From Sedimentisphaeraceae bacterium JB056 (lineage in GTDB: Bacteria; Planctomycetota; Phycisphaerae; Sedimentisphaerales; Sedimentisphaeraceae), in NCBI GenBank assembly GCA_044440125.1, contig JBITAJ010000011.1, forward strand, positions 1-64,000: a DNA stretch of 64,000 nucleotides, given 5' to 3'. The number at the start of each line of letters is the position of its first letter. Positions within the stretch are counted from its first letter, which is position 1. Shown in pieces: positions 19,913 to 29,687 of this stretch. The translations under genes and the position numbers were made by a program. Below the pieces are notes generated by a model. It was not told the DNA's origin and did not search any database. It saw nothing but the letters and a program-made list of their open reading frames with translations.

Positions 19913-20971
19913 ATGGACAAATCAAGTGAAAAATTTCTAAAGGACCTACTCGAAACACCAAGCCCGTCAGGATATGAGAGCAATGCCGCTAAACTATGGC
20001 GTAACCGCGTCAAAGACAGCGTAGACGAACTTGTAACTGATGTTCATGGCAACAGTATTGCGATATTGAACCCCAAGGCGAAATTCAAATTCATGCTGGC
20101 CGGACATATAGATGAAATCGGCCTCATGGTAATGCATATTGATGACAAGGGCTTTATATATACAAGCCAAATCGGTGGTATGGACCCTGCTTTGCTAATA
20201 GGACAAAGAGTAAAGATAATTACATCTTCAGGTCCAGTCTTCGGTGTTATCGGTCGTAAGGCAATACATCTGATGAAACCAGAAGAACGAAAAAAAGCCG
20301 TTGAAATGTCTGATATATGGGTAGACATTGGTGCCGACTCAAAAGAAGATGCACTCAAACGCGTTGAAATAGGCGACCCAATGGTAGTAGATGTTGCTGT
20401 ACGCGATCTCAGTGATGATAAGATCGTATCAAGAGCAACTGATGATAAAGCCGGAGCCTATGTCGTTGCGGAAGTAATGAGAAAACTTTCAAAACGCAAG
20501 CTCAAAATATGCGTCGCCGGTGTTGCTACCGTTCAGGAAGAAATAGGTCTCAGAGGTGCTATCACATCAAGTTATTCAGTTAATCCTGATGCTGGCATTG
20601 CGATTGATGTTAATTTCGCTTCAGACCATCCCGATACCGACCCGAAAAAAGTAGGGGAAGTCAAAGTAGGCGGCGGCCCCAATCTTCATAGAGGCCCCAA
20701 TATGAACCCTATACTGCAGGAAAATATCTTAAAAATCGCAAAGAAGCATAAGATAGAGTATCAGGTTACTGGTAATCCGCGAGGAACAGGTACCGATGCA
20801 AATGCAATGCAGCTTTGCCGTGGCGGAGTAGCCGCTACTCTCATAAGTATCCCTAATCGTTATATGCATACGCCTGTTGAAGTTATCTCTAAAAGTGACC
20901 TCGACAACGTAGTGAAGCTTATTGTAGAGTTCCTCGCCAGTCATCCGGCAACACGAAACTACAAACTTTAA
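19913..20971 (+). CDS. M42-family metallopeptidase
   Basis: SPSGYE, GHIDEIG, DDKAG, QEEIGLRGA, GTDA, RYMH. Confidence 0.93.
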   Translation: MDKSSEKFLKDLLETPSPSGYESNAAKLWRNRVKDSVDELVTDVHGNSIAILNPKAKFKFMLAGHIDEIGLMVMHIDDKGFIYTSQIGGMDPALLIGQRVKIITSSGPVFGVIGRKAIHLMKPEERKKAVEMSDIWVDIGADSKEDALKRVEIGDPMVVDVAVRDLSDDKIVSRATDDKAGAYVVAEVMRKLSKRKLKICVAGVATVQEEIGLRGAITSSYSVNPDAGIAIDVNFASDHPDTDPKKVGEVKVGGGPNLHRGPNMNPILQENILKIAKKHKIEYQVTGNPRGTGTDANAMQLCRGGVAATLISIPNRYMHTPVEVISKSDLDNVVKLIVEFLASHPATRNYKL

Positions 20972-20983
20972 TAGGTAATATGA

Positions 20984-21475
20984 ATGGCTGTAAAAGGCAA
21001 ATATGTATATGAATGGCCAAGACCAATGGTCACTACCGATGCACTGGTATTTGGCTTTGATGATACAAGCGTAAAGGTTTTGCTCATCAAACGTGGTCAA
21101 GATCCATTTGCAGGCAAGTGGGCTGTACCAGGCGGATTTCTGGAAATGGATGAAGATCTGGTAGTATCTGCTGCCAGAGAACTTTACGAAGAAACAGGCC
21201 TTAATGGCATAAAACTCAAGGAGCTTGCCACTTTCGGTAAGCCAGGAAGAGATCCGAGAGGCAGACTTATAACCGTTGTATTCTGGGGATATTGCAAGCT
21301 TGCGGAATTCGTAACCCAGACAAGAGCGGGAGATGATGCGGCACTGGCCACATGGTTTGAACTCGACAAAATAGAAGAGCTCGACTTCGCGTTTGATCAT
21401 AAGGAAATCGTTTCTCTTGGCATAATGAATCTAAAAGAAACATCGGAATACAAAAACTTTGTCAAACACCGATAA
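20984..21475 (+). CDS. NUDIX hydrolase
   Basis: WAVPGGFLEMDE...AARELYEETGL Nudix box, RDPRGR. Confidence 0.92.
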   Translation: MAVKGKYVYEWPRPMVTTDALVFGFDDTSVKVLLIKRGQDPFAGKWAVPGGFLEMDEDLVVSAARELYEETGLNGIKLKELATFGKPGRDPRGRLITVVFWGYCKLAEFVTQTRAGDDAALATWFELDKIEELDFAFDHKEIVSLGIMNLKETSEYKNFVKHR

Positions 21476-22379
21476 AATTACTTTGTTGATATCAGATTGC
21501 CGCAATGCAGCAATATCAGCAGAAAACATTGTCTGTTACCAAGACATTAATGATGCTTCTATACCTGAGAACTGCACTAATGCTATAGCCCAGTTCTCAG
21601 GTTTTAATGATAATTTCATAAAAACTCTGCTTAAATTCAAGCAAAAGTCACCCAAGCTGTCTATAACACTGCTAACAGAAACAATATTCTTGCCTATGGC
21701 AATCAAGCTTAAAGACAGAGGCATAGCAGACTACATCTTGCCTTCTCCTTTATCTGATAAAGAAATGGGCAACTTAATAACAGATATTGACAGATTGCCG
21801 CTTACCGATGAACCAACTCTTGAAAAAAGAATACGGTCACTCGAAAGAATAGCATACACCGATGACCTCACAGGACTTTGGAACAGGCGCTTTATAGACA
21901 CATTCCTATCTACAATCAACATCAGAAACAGTAATATCGAGATAAAGATGTCGCTGTTACTTTTTGATATTGACGACTTGAAAAAATATAACGATACTTA
22001 CGGACATCGATACGGCGATGAATTAATAATTCAAATAAGTAATGCAATGAGAAATTCTTTCAGAGCTTATGATCTTGTGGCAAGAATTGGTGGCGATGAA
22101 TTTATAGCAGTACTTTGGCAACTTCCTGAAATGTTCTCTGTTCTGAAAAGAAATGATAAAAACCGAAAGAGACAAGAAAACTATCCTGATGATGCCTACA
22201 CTATAGCTTCACGGTTCCACAAATACATTTCAGAGAAAGAAAACAAGATACACGCAACCATAAGCGGCTCTGTAACAGGAATATCTAACAACATCAACAA
22301 GTTGTCAGACATCCTTGAATCAGCGGACAAAAAGCTGTATCAAGCCAAGAGAAGCGGCAAAAATATAGTCATAGACTAA
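21459..22379 (+). CDS. Diguanylate cyclase (GGDEF) with degenerate receiver-like N-terminus
   Basis: TDDLTGLWNRR, DIDDLKKYND.YGH..GD, I-site RAYD, GGDEF, YQAKRSGKN; start uncertain (TTG). Confidence 0.85.
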   Translation: MSNTDKITLLISDCRNAAISAENIVCYQDINDASIPENCTNAIAQFSGFNDNFIKTLLKFKQKSPKLSITLLTETIFLPMAIKLKDRGIADYILPSPLSDKEMGNLITDIDRLPLTDEPTLEKRIRSLERIAYTDDLTGLWNRRFIDTFLSTINIRNSNIEIKMSLLLFDIDDLKKYNDTYGHRYGDELIIQISNAMRNSFRAYDLVARIGGDEFIAVLWQLPEMFSVLKRNDKNRKRQENYPDDAYTIASRFHKYISEKENKIHATISGSVTGISNNINKLSDILESADKKLYQAKRSGKNIVID

Positions 22380-22535
22380 ATGTCCGAATCCTCATGTCAA
22401 CTGAAGCATTATCATCAAGTCATCATTTCAAGCTGCTCTTTTCTCTTTCTCAAAATTAACATCACCCAAATTAGTGAATATGGATAGGCATAAGAACTCT
22501 ATGTAAAGTATTTCACTATTTATAATTCACGATAC

Positions 22536-22563
22536 TTGACACATGAATTTTTTTTCGTATATT
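22536..22563 (+). promoter_or_regulatory. Putative sigma70 promoter overlapped by imperfect inverted repeats
   Basis: TTGACA-16 bp-TATATT; aattca...tgaatt flanks the -35. Confidence 0.5.
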
Positions 22564-22602
22564 TAGGCAAATATCCCGTAATTAGAAATTTGGAGTCAAA
22601 GA

Positions 22603-22923
22603 ATGGCAGAAAAAGGAAATAACAGCGGTACAAAATGGACATTTCTCACAAATCATGCCCATGTATTGCTATGTATAGCAGAAAAACCAGACCTTCGTAT
22701 GAGGGATCTGGCACAAATAGTTGGAATCACAGAGCGTGCAGTCCAGAAAATTGTTGCAGATCTCGCCGAAGGAGGCTATCTTGATGTCGAAAAAGGCGGT
22801 CGATGCAACACCTATAAAACAAACACAGAAAAACACCTGCGACACCCTATAGAATCGCAACACCAAGTTGCCGACCTCTTAAGACTCATAGGAAGTATTC
22901 AGGACAGAAACACATCAGAATAA
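22603..22923 (+). CDS. Winged-helix (MarR/AsnC-like) transcriptional regulator
   Basis: WTFLTNHAHVL...RDLAQIVGITERAVQKIVADLAEGGYL. Confidence 0.85.
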   Translation: MAEKGNNSGTKWTFLTNHAHVLLCIAEKPDLRMRDLAQIVGITERAVQKIVADLAEGGYLDVEKGGRCNTYKTNTEKHLRHPIESQHQVADLLRLIGSIQDRNTSE

Positions 22924-22958
22924 AGATAAAACATTACACCGTCAAAACGGAGCTATAA

Positions 22959-24572
22959 ATGAATATAATAGTTACAGGTTCAAAATCATCAGGCAAATCA
23001 ACAATAGGAAAATCATTAGCAGAAACTTTAAGCATGCCTTTTATAGACCTTGATGATATAGTTCTTGATATATATAACAAGGAAAATGAGACGGTAAAAT
23101 CATGTGCCGAAATATTCCGCAATGTTGGCGAACAGCAATTCCGCAAGATTGAACAAACCGCCATCACAGAAGCGCTGCAGAGAGACTTCTCTGTATTAGC
23201 CACTGGAGGCTCAACTCTGCTAAATTCACAATCAAGAAAAATGCTCAGAGCAGATTCCATATGGATATACCTTGACGCATCATTCTCTTGTCTCTGGAGC
23301 CGCATATCTTCAAAACCTCTTCCTGCTTTCCTTGAAGGGGTGGAAGATATTGAAAATACCTACAAAGAGAGAATGGAACTGCTTAATGAGATAGTCGAAC
23401 CAAGATGTGATATACAAATCGAAGTTGACGACAAACCAGAAGCAGATATCGTTAAAGAAATAATCGATGCTATTCAATATGAATTTGCTGTAAAATCCAC
23501 TTCTCCCAACACTATTGGAGAAGTAATAAGGCTAACAACATTTGGCGAAAGCCACGGCCCTATGATAGGTGCAGTCCTTGATGGTGTGCAGCCCGGACTG
23601 CCGCTGTGTGAAGAGGATATCCAGAAAGACCTCGACAGGCGAAGACCAGGTCAAAGCAAGGTTTCTACAGCAAGAAAGGAAAGCGACAAAGTACAGATAG
23701 TCTCAGGCGTTTTCGAAGGCAAGACCACCGGTACACCTATAGGACTTATTATACGTAACTCTGACAGCAAGTCGTCACACTACGACACAATCAAGGAAAT
23801 ATTCCGCCCTGGTCATGCGGATTACACTTTCTGGCAAAAATACGGTATCCGTGATTACAGAGGCGGCGGCAGGTCTTCGGGCCGAGAAACAGCCACACGC
23901 GTTGCCGGCGGAGCAGTCGCCAAAAAGATACTTGCTGAAAAAGGCGTTACAATCAGGGCATTTACAACTCAAATCGGCAAAATCAAGGCTGATTCCTTCG
24001 ACTACGGTACTATAGAAAGTAATTCAGTAAGATGCCCTGATATTCAGGCCGCAAAAGAAATGGAGAAACTGATAGTAGAGTTGAAAGATAAGGGTGATTC
24101 AGTAGGCGGCGTAGCCCAAATTGAAATAACAGGCTTACCTGCCGGGCTTGGTGATCCTATATTCGCAAAGCTTGATTCAAAACTGGCGGCCGCTCTATTT
24201 TCTCTCGGAGCAGTTAAAGGAGTAGAGTTCGGGGCAGGATTCAAAGCTGCTGAGATGACTGGAAGCGAGAACAACGACCAGATGAGCGGCAACGATTTTG
24301 TTTCCAACAATGCCGGCGGTATTCTTGGCGGCATATCTTCAGGTCAGCCGCTGACAGCAAGAGTGGCTGTAAAACCTACGCCTTCCATAACAGGCAAACA
24401 AATGACTAAAGACATACACGGAGAAACCAAAGAGATCCAAATCATGGGACGGCACGATCCATGTATCGTACCTCGTATAGTACCGGTTCTTGAATCGATG
24501 GCAGCACTTGTACTGCTTGATGCCTGGGAAATACAGAGCCGTATAAACCCCAAATGGCAGACAAACTCTTAA
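22959..24572 (+). CDS. aroC: Shikimate kinase-chorismate synthase fusion (AroK-AroC)
   Basis: N-terminal GSKSSGKST, DLD, GEQQFR, ATGG (AroK); from ~aa 183 TFGESHG, RPGHAD, GGRSSGRETA, KPTPS, GRHDPC (AroC); single frame. Confidence 0.93.
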   Translation: MNIIVTGSKSSGKSTIGKSLAETLSMPFIDLDDIVLDIYNKENETVKSCAEIFRNVGEQQFRKIEQTAITEALQRDFSVLATGGSTLLNSQSRKMLRADSIWIYLDASFSCLWSRISSKPLPAFLEGVEDIENTYKERMELLNEIVEPRCDIQIEVDDKPEADIVKEIIDAIQYEFAVKSTSPNTIGEVIRLTTFGESHGPMIGAVLDGVQPGLPLCEEDIQKDLDRRRPGQSKVSTARKESDKVQIVSGVFEGKTTGTPIGLIIRNSDSKSSHYDTIKEIFRPGHADYTFWQKYGIRDYRGGGRSSGRETATRVAGGAVAKKILAEKGVTIRAFTTQIGKIKADSFDYGTIESNSVRCPDIQAAKEMEKLIVELKDKGDSVGGVAQIEITGLPAGLGDPIFAKLDSKLAAALFSLGAVKGVEFGAGFKAAEMTGSENNDQMSGNDFVSNNAGGILGGISSGQPLTARVAVKPTPSITGKQMTKDIHGETKEIQIMGRHDPCIVPRIVPVLESMAALVLLDAWEIQSRINPKWQTNS

Positions 24573-24633
24573 AAACGAATTATCATAGAATACCAAGAGT
24601 GACTTAATCAACAGACATCTGCGAAAGATTATC

Positions 24634-25803
24634 ATGAAGAACAGATGGGTAAATTTAATAGCTGGAATCCTGATGCAAACCGTATTGGGAGGTATTTATG
24701 CCTGGAGTACATTTACTCCTTATCTCGTTGACAACTATGGCCTGAGAACTGCTCAGTCCGGATTTATATTCGGGCTCAATATTGCAGTATTCACAATTGT
24801 AATGATTGCTTCAGGCAGGATTTTCACAAAAAAGGGACCAAGATTCACCGCAACGATAGGAGCAATCCTGTTTATGTGCGGCTATGTCGCTGCTTCATTT
24901 TCCAGCGGCATATATCCGATGCTGCTTGTATCTCTCAGTATTGTCATGGGAGCCGGTATCGGTTTTGGCTATGTATGCCCGTTATCTGTTGGCATTAAAT
25001 GGTTCCCAGACAAAAAAGGTTTGGTAACCGGAGCTGCGGTTGCCGGTTTTGGCGGAGGCGCTGTATTGCTTTCATCGATTGCGCAGCACTTTCTGACCAC
25101 CGGCATGGACGTACTGGTATTCTTCAGATATTATGGGCTTGTATCTGGCGGCATTTTACTTCTATCCGCTTCGTTTATGGCCAACCCGCCATCTTCAGGC
25201 AACGGTCAAGTCCAACAGCAAAAAGATGCATCCATATGGAACCTTGCTTTTGCCATAATAACTCTCGGCATGTTTGCCGGAACATTTGCGGGATTATTGA
25301 TCATCGGCAACCTGACCCCACTGCTGCTCAAGTCCGGATTAACGGCAACCCAAGCTGTAACGTCCATATCGATATTCGCTGTAGGCAACGCCGTAGGCAG
25401 AATCACATGGGGACACATATCAGATCACCTGAGCTATAAATGTATACCGCTTTCGTTATGCTGTTTCTCATTTTTCTGCGTGTTCCTTCTCTTGCCGCTG
25501 CCCATATGGGCGATTATGCTTACAGTAGGATTTCTGGGATTTGGATTTGGTGCCAACTTTGTAATCTACGCATCAACAATATCGAGTATATTCAGCATTG
25601 AGGCATTTCCCAAATTATACCCTATATGCTTCTTGGGCTACGGCATAGCCGGAATCATAGGCCCAGGTCTTGGCGGATACCTTGCTGATGCGACCGGATC
25701 ATACAACACTGCTTTGTATATAAGCATCGCAATGCTGACCGCCGTAGGGATTATCTCCGGTCTCTGTTCAAAAACATTCAGAGCCGGAAGAAACAATACT
25801 TGA
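24634..25803 (+). CDS. MFS transporter, oxalate:formate antiporter (OFA)-like
   Basis: LGGIYAWS, GIGFGY, KWFPDKKGL.TG..VAGFG, GRITWG..SD. Confidence 0.88.
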   Translation: MKNRWVNLIAGILMQTVLGGIYAWSTFTPYLVDNYGLRTAQSGFIFGLNIAVFTIVMIASGRIFTKKGPRFTATIGAILFMCGYVAASFSSGIYPMLLVSLSIVMGAGIGFGYVCPLSVGIKWFPDKKGLVTGAAVAGFGGGAVLLSSIAQHFLTTGMDVLVFFRYYGLVSGGILLLSASFMANPPSSGNGQVQQQKDASIWNLAFAIITLGMFAGTFAGLLIIGNLTPLLLKSGLTATQAVTSISIFAVGNAVGRITWGHISDHLSYKCIPLSLCCFSFFCVFLLLPLPIWAIMLTVGFLGFGFGANFVIYASTISSIFSIEAFPKLYPICFLGYGIAGIIGPGLGGYLADATGSYNTALYISIAMLTAVGIISGLCSKTFRAGRNNT

Positions 25804-25810
25804 AGCTGTT

Positions 25811-27538
25811 TTAACTATTCTTTTTGCAGAAAAGTATTGCGGTTTCTATAAACATCCATACTGCAAGCACCAATATCATTGAACTTAGCGTTATTAGCAG
25901 CCAATCGCCGCCGTTAATAAAGTCCTTTAGCTTTATGACCAACGCCCATATTGTTATAGTCAGCATGAAAACACACGGGAAAGCGGCAATAAGCGATTTA
26001 TTACCGACCTTCTTTTTCAAATACATTGTAACAACAAGCAATGCCAGCGAAGCAAGAAGCTGATTAACTGTGCCGAAAAGCGGCCAAAGCACCATCGCCC
26101 CCTTGCCGTCTGCTCCAGTAGCAAACGCCACAATCGCAGCGGTAATCACTGCGAAGCTGGTCGCAGTCCACTTATTGCTGAGCTTTGTGAGATTCATACT
26201 GCAAGCAAGCTCGCTCGTTATATATCTTTGCAGTCTCACCGCGGTATCAAGCGTAGTACCCGCGAATGAAGCGATAAACACACCCATAAGAACAGTACCT
26301 ACCTGCTTAGGCAAGCCAATCGTCTCCATCATATTAGCCGCACCTACCACAACAGCCGTAAGCTTGGCTCCCAGCCCCTGTGCACCCGACCATGAAGCAT
26401 AGTGGGTATTCCATGCCGCAAATCCGCTAAGAGTCGAGCCATCGGAAGCTGTGTATGCAATACCTATACCCGCCGCAACACACACCAGCACGAGAACAGC
26501 CAACGCCCCTTCCAGAAGCATTGAGCCATAGCCGACAAAGAGAGCATCCTGTTCATACGAGACTTGCTTTGGCGTCGTGCCGCTGGCTACAAGCGAATGA
26601 AACCCGCTGACCGCACCGCAGGCAATCGTTACGAACATAAACGGCCAGATAGGCGGCGCACCGGTAGGTGAATGATTCACGGCAGGAGCAACAAGCTCAA
26701 GATTACCGCCAAAACCGGTAAAAATCACGCTTACCACAAGTATGCCGAGCATAACGAAAAGTTGCCACGCATTCGTATAATCACGAGGCTGGAGCAAAGT
26801 TGTTACCGGCAGAATTGAGGCAATGAAAGCATAGATAAGCAGGATTATCGTCCATGAACCGGTTGAAGGCATTGCCGCAAATTCCGGTATCGTGCATGCC
26901 CCCGGCCAATGGCTCTGAACAAAAGCTCCCAAAAGCACAAAACCATACATACATATAACCGCGATAGTGGTCGCAAGGGTGATGTTGGCATTTTTCTTAT
27001 ACACAAAATAACCCAGCAGTATGGCAATCGGTATCTGTGCCCAGACAGGAATTATAGAACTTGGAAAAAACTTGAACACTACCGCTATTACCACCCCGAA
27101 AATCGCTATTATTATCAGCAGTGCGAGAAACACCACCAGAAAAAACATAAACCGCACGCGGGCATTGATATATTTGGCGGCAATATCAGAAACACTCTTG
27201 CCCTGATGACGCATTGACACAACCAGCGAACCGAAATCATGAACCGCTCCCATGAATATACTGCCAAATACTATCCAAAGCAATGCCGGCAACCAACCCC
27301 AGATAACACCTATCGCCGGCCCTACTATCGGTCCTGTTCCCGCTATAGATGTAAAATGATGGCCGAATATAACGCCCTTCTCAGAGGCCACATAATCCAC
27401 ACCGTCAGCAAGCTCACGGCTGGGAACCGGCGCAGTAGGATCAAGCTTGAATATCCGGCGGGCAAGATATTTTCCGTAAGTATGATAAGCCGCAATATAA
27501 GCCGCAAAAGCGACAAGCATCAAAAGAATAGTTTCCAT
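25811..27538 (-). CDS. cstA: Carbon starvation protein A family transporter
   Basis: DGVDYV, GHHFTSIAGTGPIVGP, GAVHDF, LLQPRDY, TIACGAVSGFH, TTLDTAVR; start at ATG 27538 after AGGAG. Confidence 0.93.
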   Translation of the reverse strand: METILLMLVAFAAYIAAYHTYGKYLARRIFKLDPTAPVPSRELADGVDYVASEKGVIFGHHFTSIAGTGPIVGPAIGVIWGWLPALLWIVFGSIFMGAVHDFGSLVVSMRHQGKSVSDIAAKYINARVRFMFFLVVFLALLIIIAIFGVVIAVVFKFFPSSIIPVWAQIPIAILLGYFVYKKNANITLATTIAVICMYGFVLLGAFVQSHWPGACTIPEFAAMPSTGSWTIILLIYAFIASILPVTTLLQPRDYTNAWQLFVMLGILVVSVIFTGFGGNLELVAPAVNHSPTGAPPIWPFMFVTIACGAVSGFHSLVASGTTPKQVSYEQDALFVGYGSMLLEGALAVLVLVCVAAGIGIAYTASDGSTLSGFAAWNTHYASWSGAQGLGAKLTAVVVGAANMMETIGLPKQVGTVLMGVFIASFAGTTLDTAVRLQRYITSELACSMNLTKLSNKWTATSFAVITAAIVAFATGADGKGAMVLWPLFGTVNQLLASLALLVVTMYLKKKVGNKSLIAAFPCVFMLTITIWALVIKLKDFINGGDWLLITLSSMILVLAVWMFIETAILFCKKNS

Positions 27539-27752
27539 GCAAAAGCTCCTGTAAAACAAACTAAGCCAAACATGCCGTCTCCGGCTTTTGCCAGTTTCGC
27601 CAAAATCAGAAACGTTTATCATACTACAATAAAAAAAATCCGCAATAACATCGACCATAATCACGGCTATTTTTTTGCATTACAGGCAATTAAAAAATAA
27701 AACATTAATGATAATCTTGATTTTATGTACCTAAATCAATATCATTTAGTTT

Positions 27753-28025
27753 ATGTTTTATTTAGCGGTGACAATTTTCCTGATAGCCAACCTACCTATA
27801 TTCATACTGATAGGATGGGCAATATTCGGAAGCTGGGGTGGTTTTTTAGACCAGATTTTCTTAGGAAGTACCCCTGACTGGATATCAGCCTTCAAAGGAC
27901 AGTATCACGAAGATAAAGCCGCAGAGTTTTCGCTTCTTTGGTGGCTGCTTGGCTGTGGAGCAGTAATACTATTGGAGATAGGTCTGCTATATAAATTCTT
28001 CGGCTTTACATTCTTCCTATTCTAA
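27753..28025 (+). CDS. Small two-TM membrane protein
   Basis: Two hydrophobic segments; preceded by TTGATT-17-TATCAT. Confidence 0.6.
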   Translation: MFYLAVTIFLIANLPIFILIGWAIFGSWGGFLDQIFLGSTPDWISAFKGQYHEDKAAEFSLLWWLLGCGAVILLEIGLLYKFFGFTFFLF

Positions 28026-29671
28026 TCAACAGGCCAGAATACGGCATCATAGCCATCTTTTTTCGGCCATTTTGCAATATTGCCTTCCTTGTCATATTCA
28101 GCCTTGCCGCCATTATCCACTCTATCAGTCCCTACGCTATATAAAACAAATGAGTTGTCTGTCTTACGATATGCAAGCTGCTTACCACTAAATGGGTCAA
28201 TCGGCACACTCTCAATATAACCATCACACATCAGCCTATCCAGCGATTCTGGAAAGCTGCCGTTATCTGCCTTGTAAAGATGTACCGCTAAAATAACAAC
28301 CGTTGATTGGATATCTATCTCCATGCGGTGTGATAAACTGATAATTTTATCAAATGCCGGCATTAAGACACTCAATACTATATTATCTTCTACCCCAGCC
28401 ATAACATTACCTATATCAGCAATTTGATATGGCATCTTATTGGAATATTCTATCAGCTTCTCATAAAACTCATTAACGTTTTCTACAAGCACTTCCTTAT
28501 CCGGTTGTACAAATAATAATTTAATCTTATCCGCAAAACCACTGAAAGACTCATCACCGAATATTATTACACGAGTGGAAGCACGCTTAAGATATAAATG
28601 GCTTCCGATAGGAGTAGAAACAAAGCTTCGCTGTATTTCATCAAGTGCGAAATATTTCTCACCATCAAAATTAAGAGCAAACTCAGTATTAACGGCCAAT
28701 GCCTTAAATTCATCAGTCAGGTATTCAAGGCTTTTCCTGTCAATATCAAAGTCATTAATTACATAATCTAACGTATTAGATGCTAAGCGAAGAATTGCCA
28801 TACCAACAAGCTGTTCAATTAAAGTCTGCTGATCTTTCAGATGCATTCCCGACTTATAAACGACAGATATATCACTGAAAGCAGATTCAATATTTCCGCT
28901 CTTAGCTTCCAGATAAGCACGCCACAACATTGCATTGCAAATATGACGGTAATCTGCTAAATTGGGTATCATCAACGAATTGTACTCATCCTCTTTTGCT
29001 TCATATTTCCTCCAGAAATACTGTTTTTTACTGCCTTCAGTCCAAAGCTCCAGTGCTTCGGCATTTTCTGCAAGCCAGTTATGCAAAAGTACCTCATCCT
29101 CTGGAGTAATTGCAGAATATTCCCGATCAGATGGATCAAAACCTTCTGGCTCTGGACGCGGATTATTACAATCATATTTAACACCCGCCTCTTCTTTGAA
29201 AAAAGGTTTGTAGAATTTCACTGCCTCATCATAAGAAATCGCCGCATTTTCATCATCGCTCACTTTTTCATCCGGCCTCACTATCCGGTTAAGCTCTTCC
29301 ACATAGTTAGTGGTGATAACCGGCTTGCCGCTGAGAAACCATGCACTGTAAACAGCGACAAGCAGAATAAATGCCCCGACAAACTGACACGAACGTATCA
29401 TAAATTTCACCCACCACGGACGGCAGCGTTTCTTCGCCCTCCGCATCAGCTTGCCGAGCACTGCCGCATCTCCGAACTCGGTTATAAGCTTTTGGGCCTC
29501 TTTCTGTCTTTCCGCTTCGCCGCTGATATGATCAAGTGCATCGGTGAAATGATCGACAAGCTCCTGCCTCACATCCTCACGCACCTTACGCCGCCACCGC
29601 ATCTTCCTGATAACCTCATCAATATACTCAACAGCAATCTGCGGCAACTCTGTCATCTGCTTATTCTCCAT
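28022..29671 (-). CDS. Membrane-anchored protein: N-terminal HAAS/permease-prefix-like helical domain, TM, large helical domain, GspG-C-like tail (paralog 1)
   Basis: YIDEV...EDVRQELVDHF...EFGD..VL.K motif; one TM; C-terminal FPESLDRL...DPFSG..L.Y....FVLYSVG.D..DNGG. Confidence 0.8.
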   Translation of the reverse strand: MENKQMTELPQIAVEYIDEVIRKMRWRRKVREDVRQELVDHFTDALDHISGEAERQKEAQKLITEFGDAAVLGKLMRRAKKRCRPWWVKFMIRSCQFVGAFILLVAVYSAWFLSGKPVITTNYVEELNRIVRPDEKVSDDENAAISYDEAVKFYKPFFKEEAGVKYDCNNPRPEPEGFDPSDREYSAITPEDEVLLHNWLAENAEALELWTEGSKKQYFWRKYEAKEDEYNSLMIPNLADYRHICNAMLWRAYLEAKSGNIESAFSDISVVYKSGMHLKDQQTLIEQLVGMAILRLASNTLDYVINDFDIDRKSLEYLTDEFKALAVNTEFALNFDGEKYFALDEIQRSFVSTPIGSHLYLKRASTRVIIFGDESFSGFADKIKLLFVQPDKEVLVENVNEFYEKLIEYSNKMPYQIADIGNVMAGVEDNIVLSVLMPAFDKIISLSHRMEIDIQSTVVILAVHLYKADNGSFPESLDRLMCDGYIESVPIDPFSGKQLAYRKTDNSFVLYSVGTDRVDNGGKAEYDKEGNIAKWPKKDGYDAVFWPVD

Positions 29672-29687
29672 CTCAAATTATCCCTTC

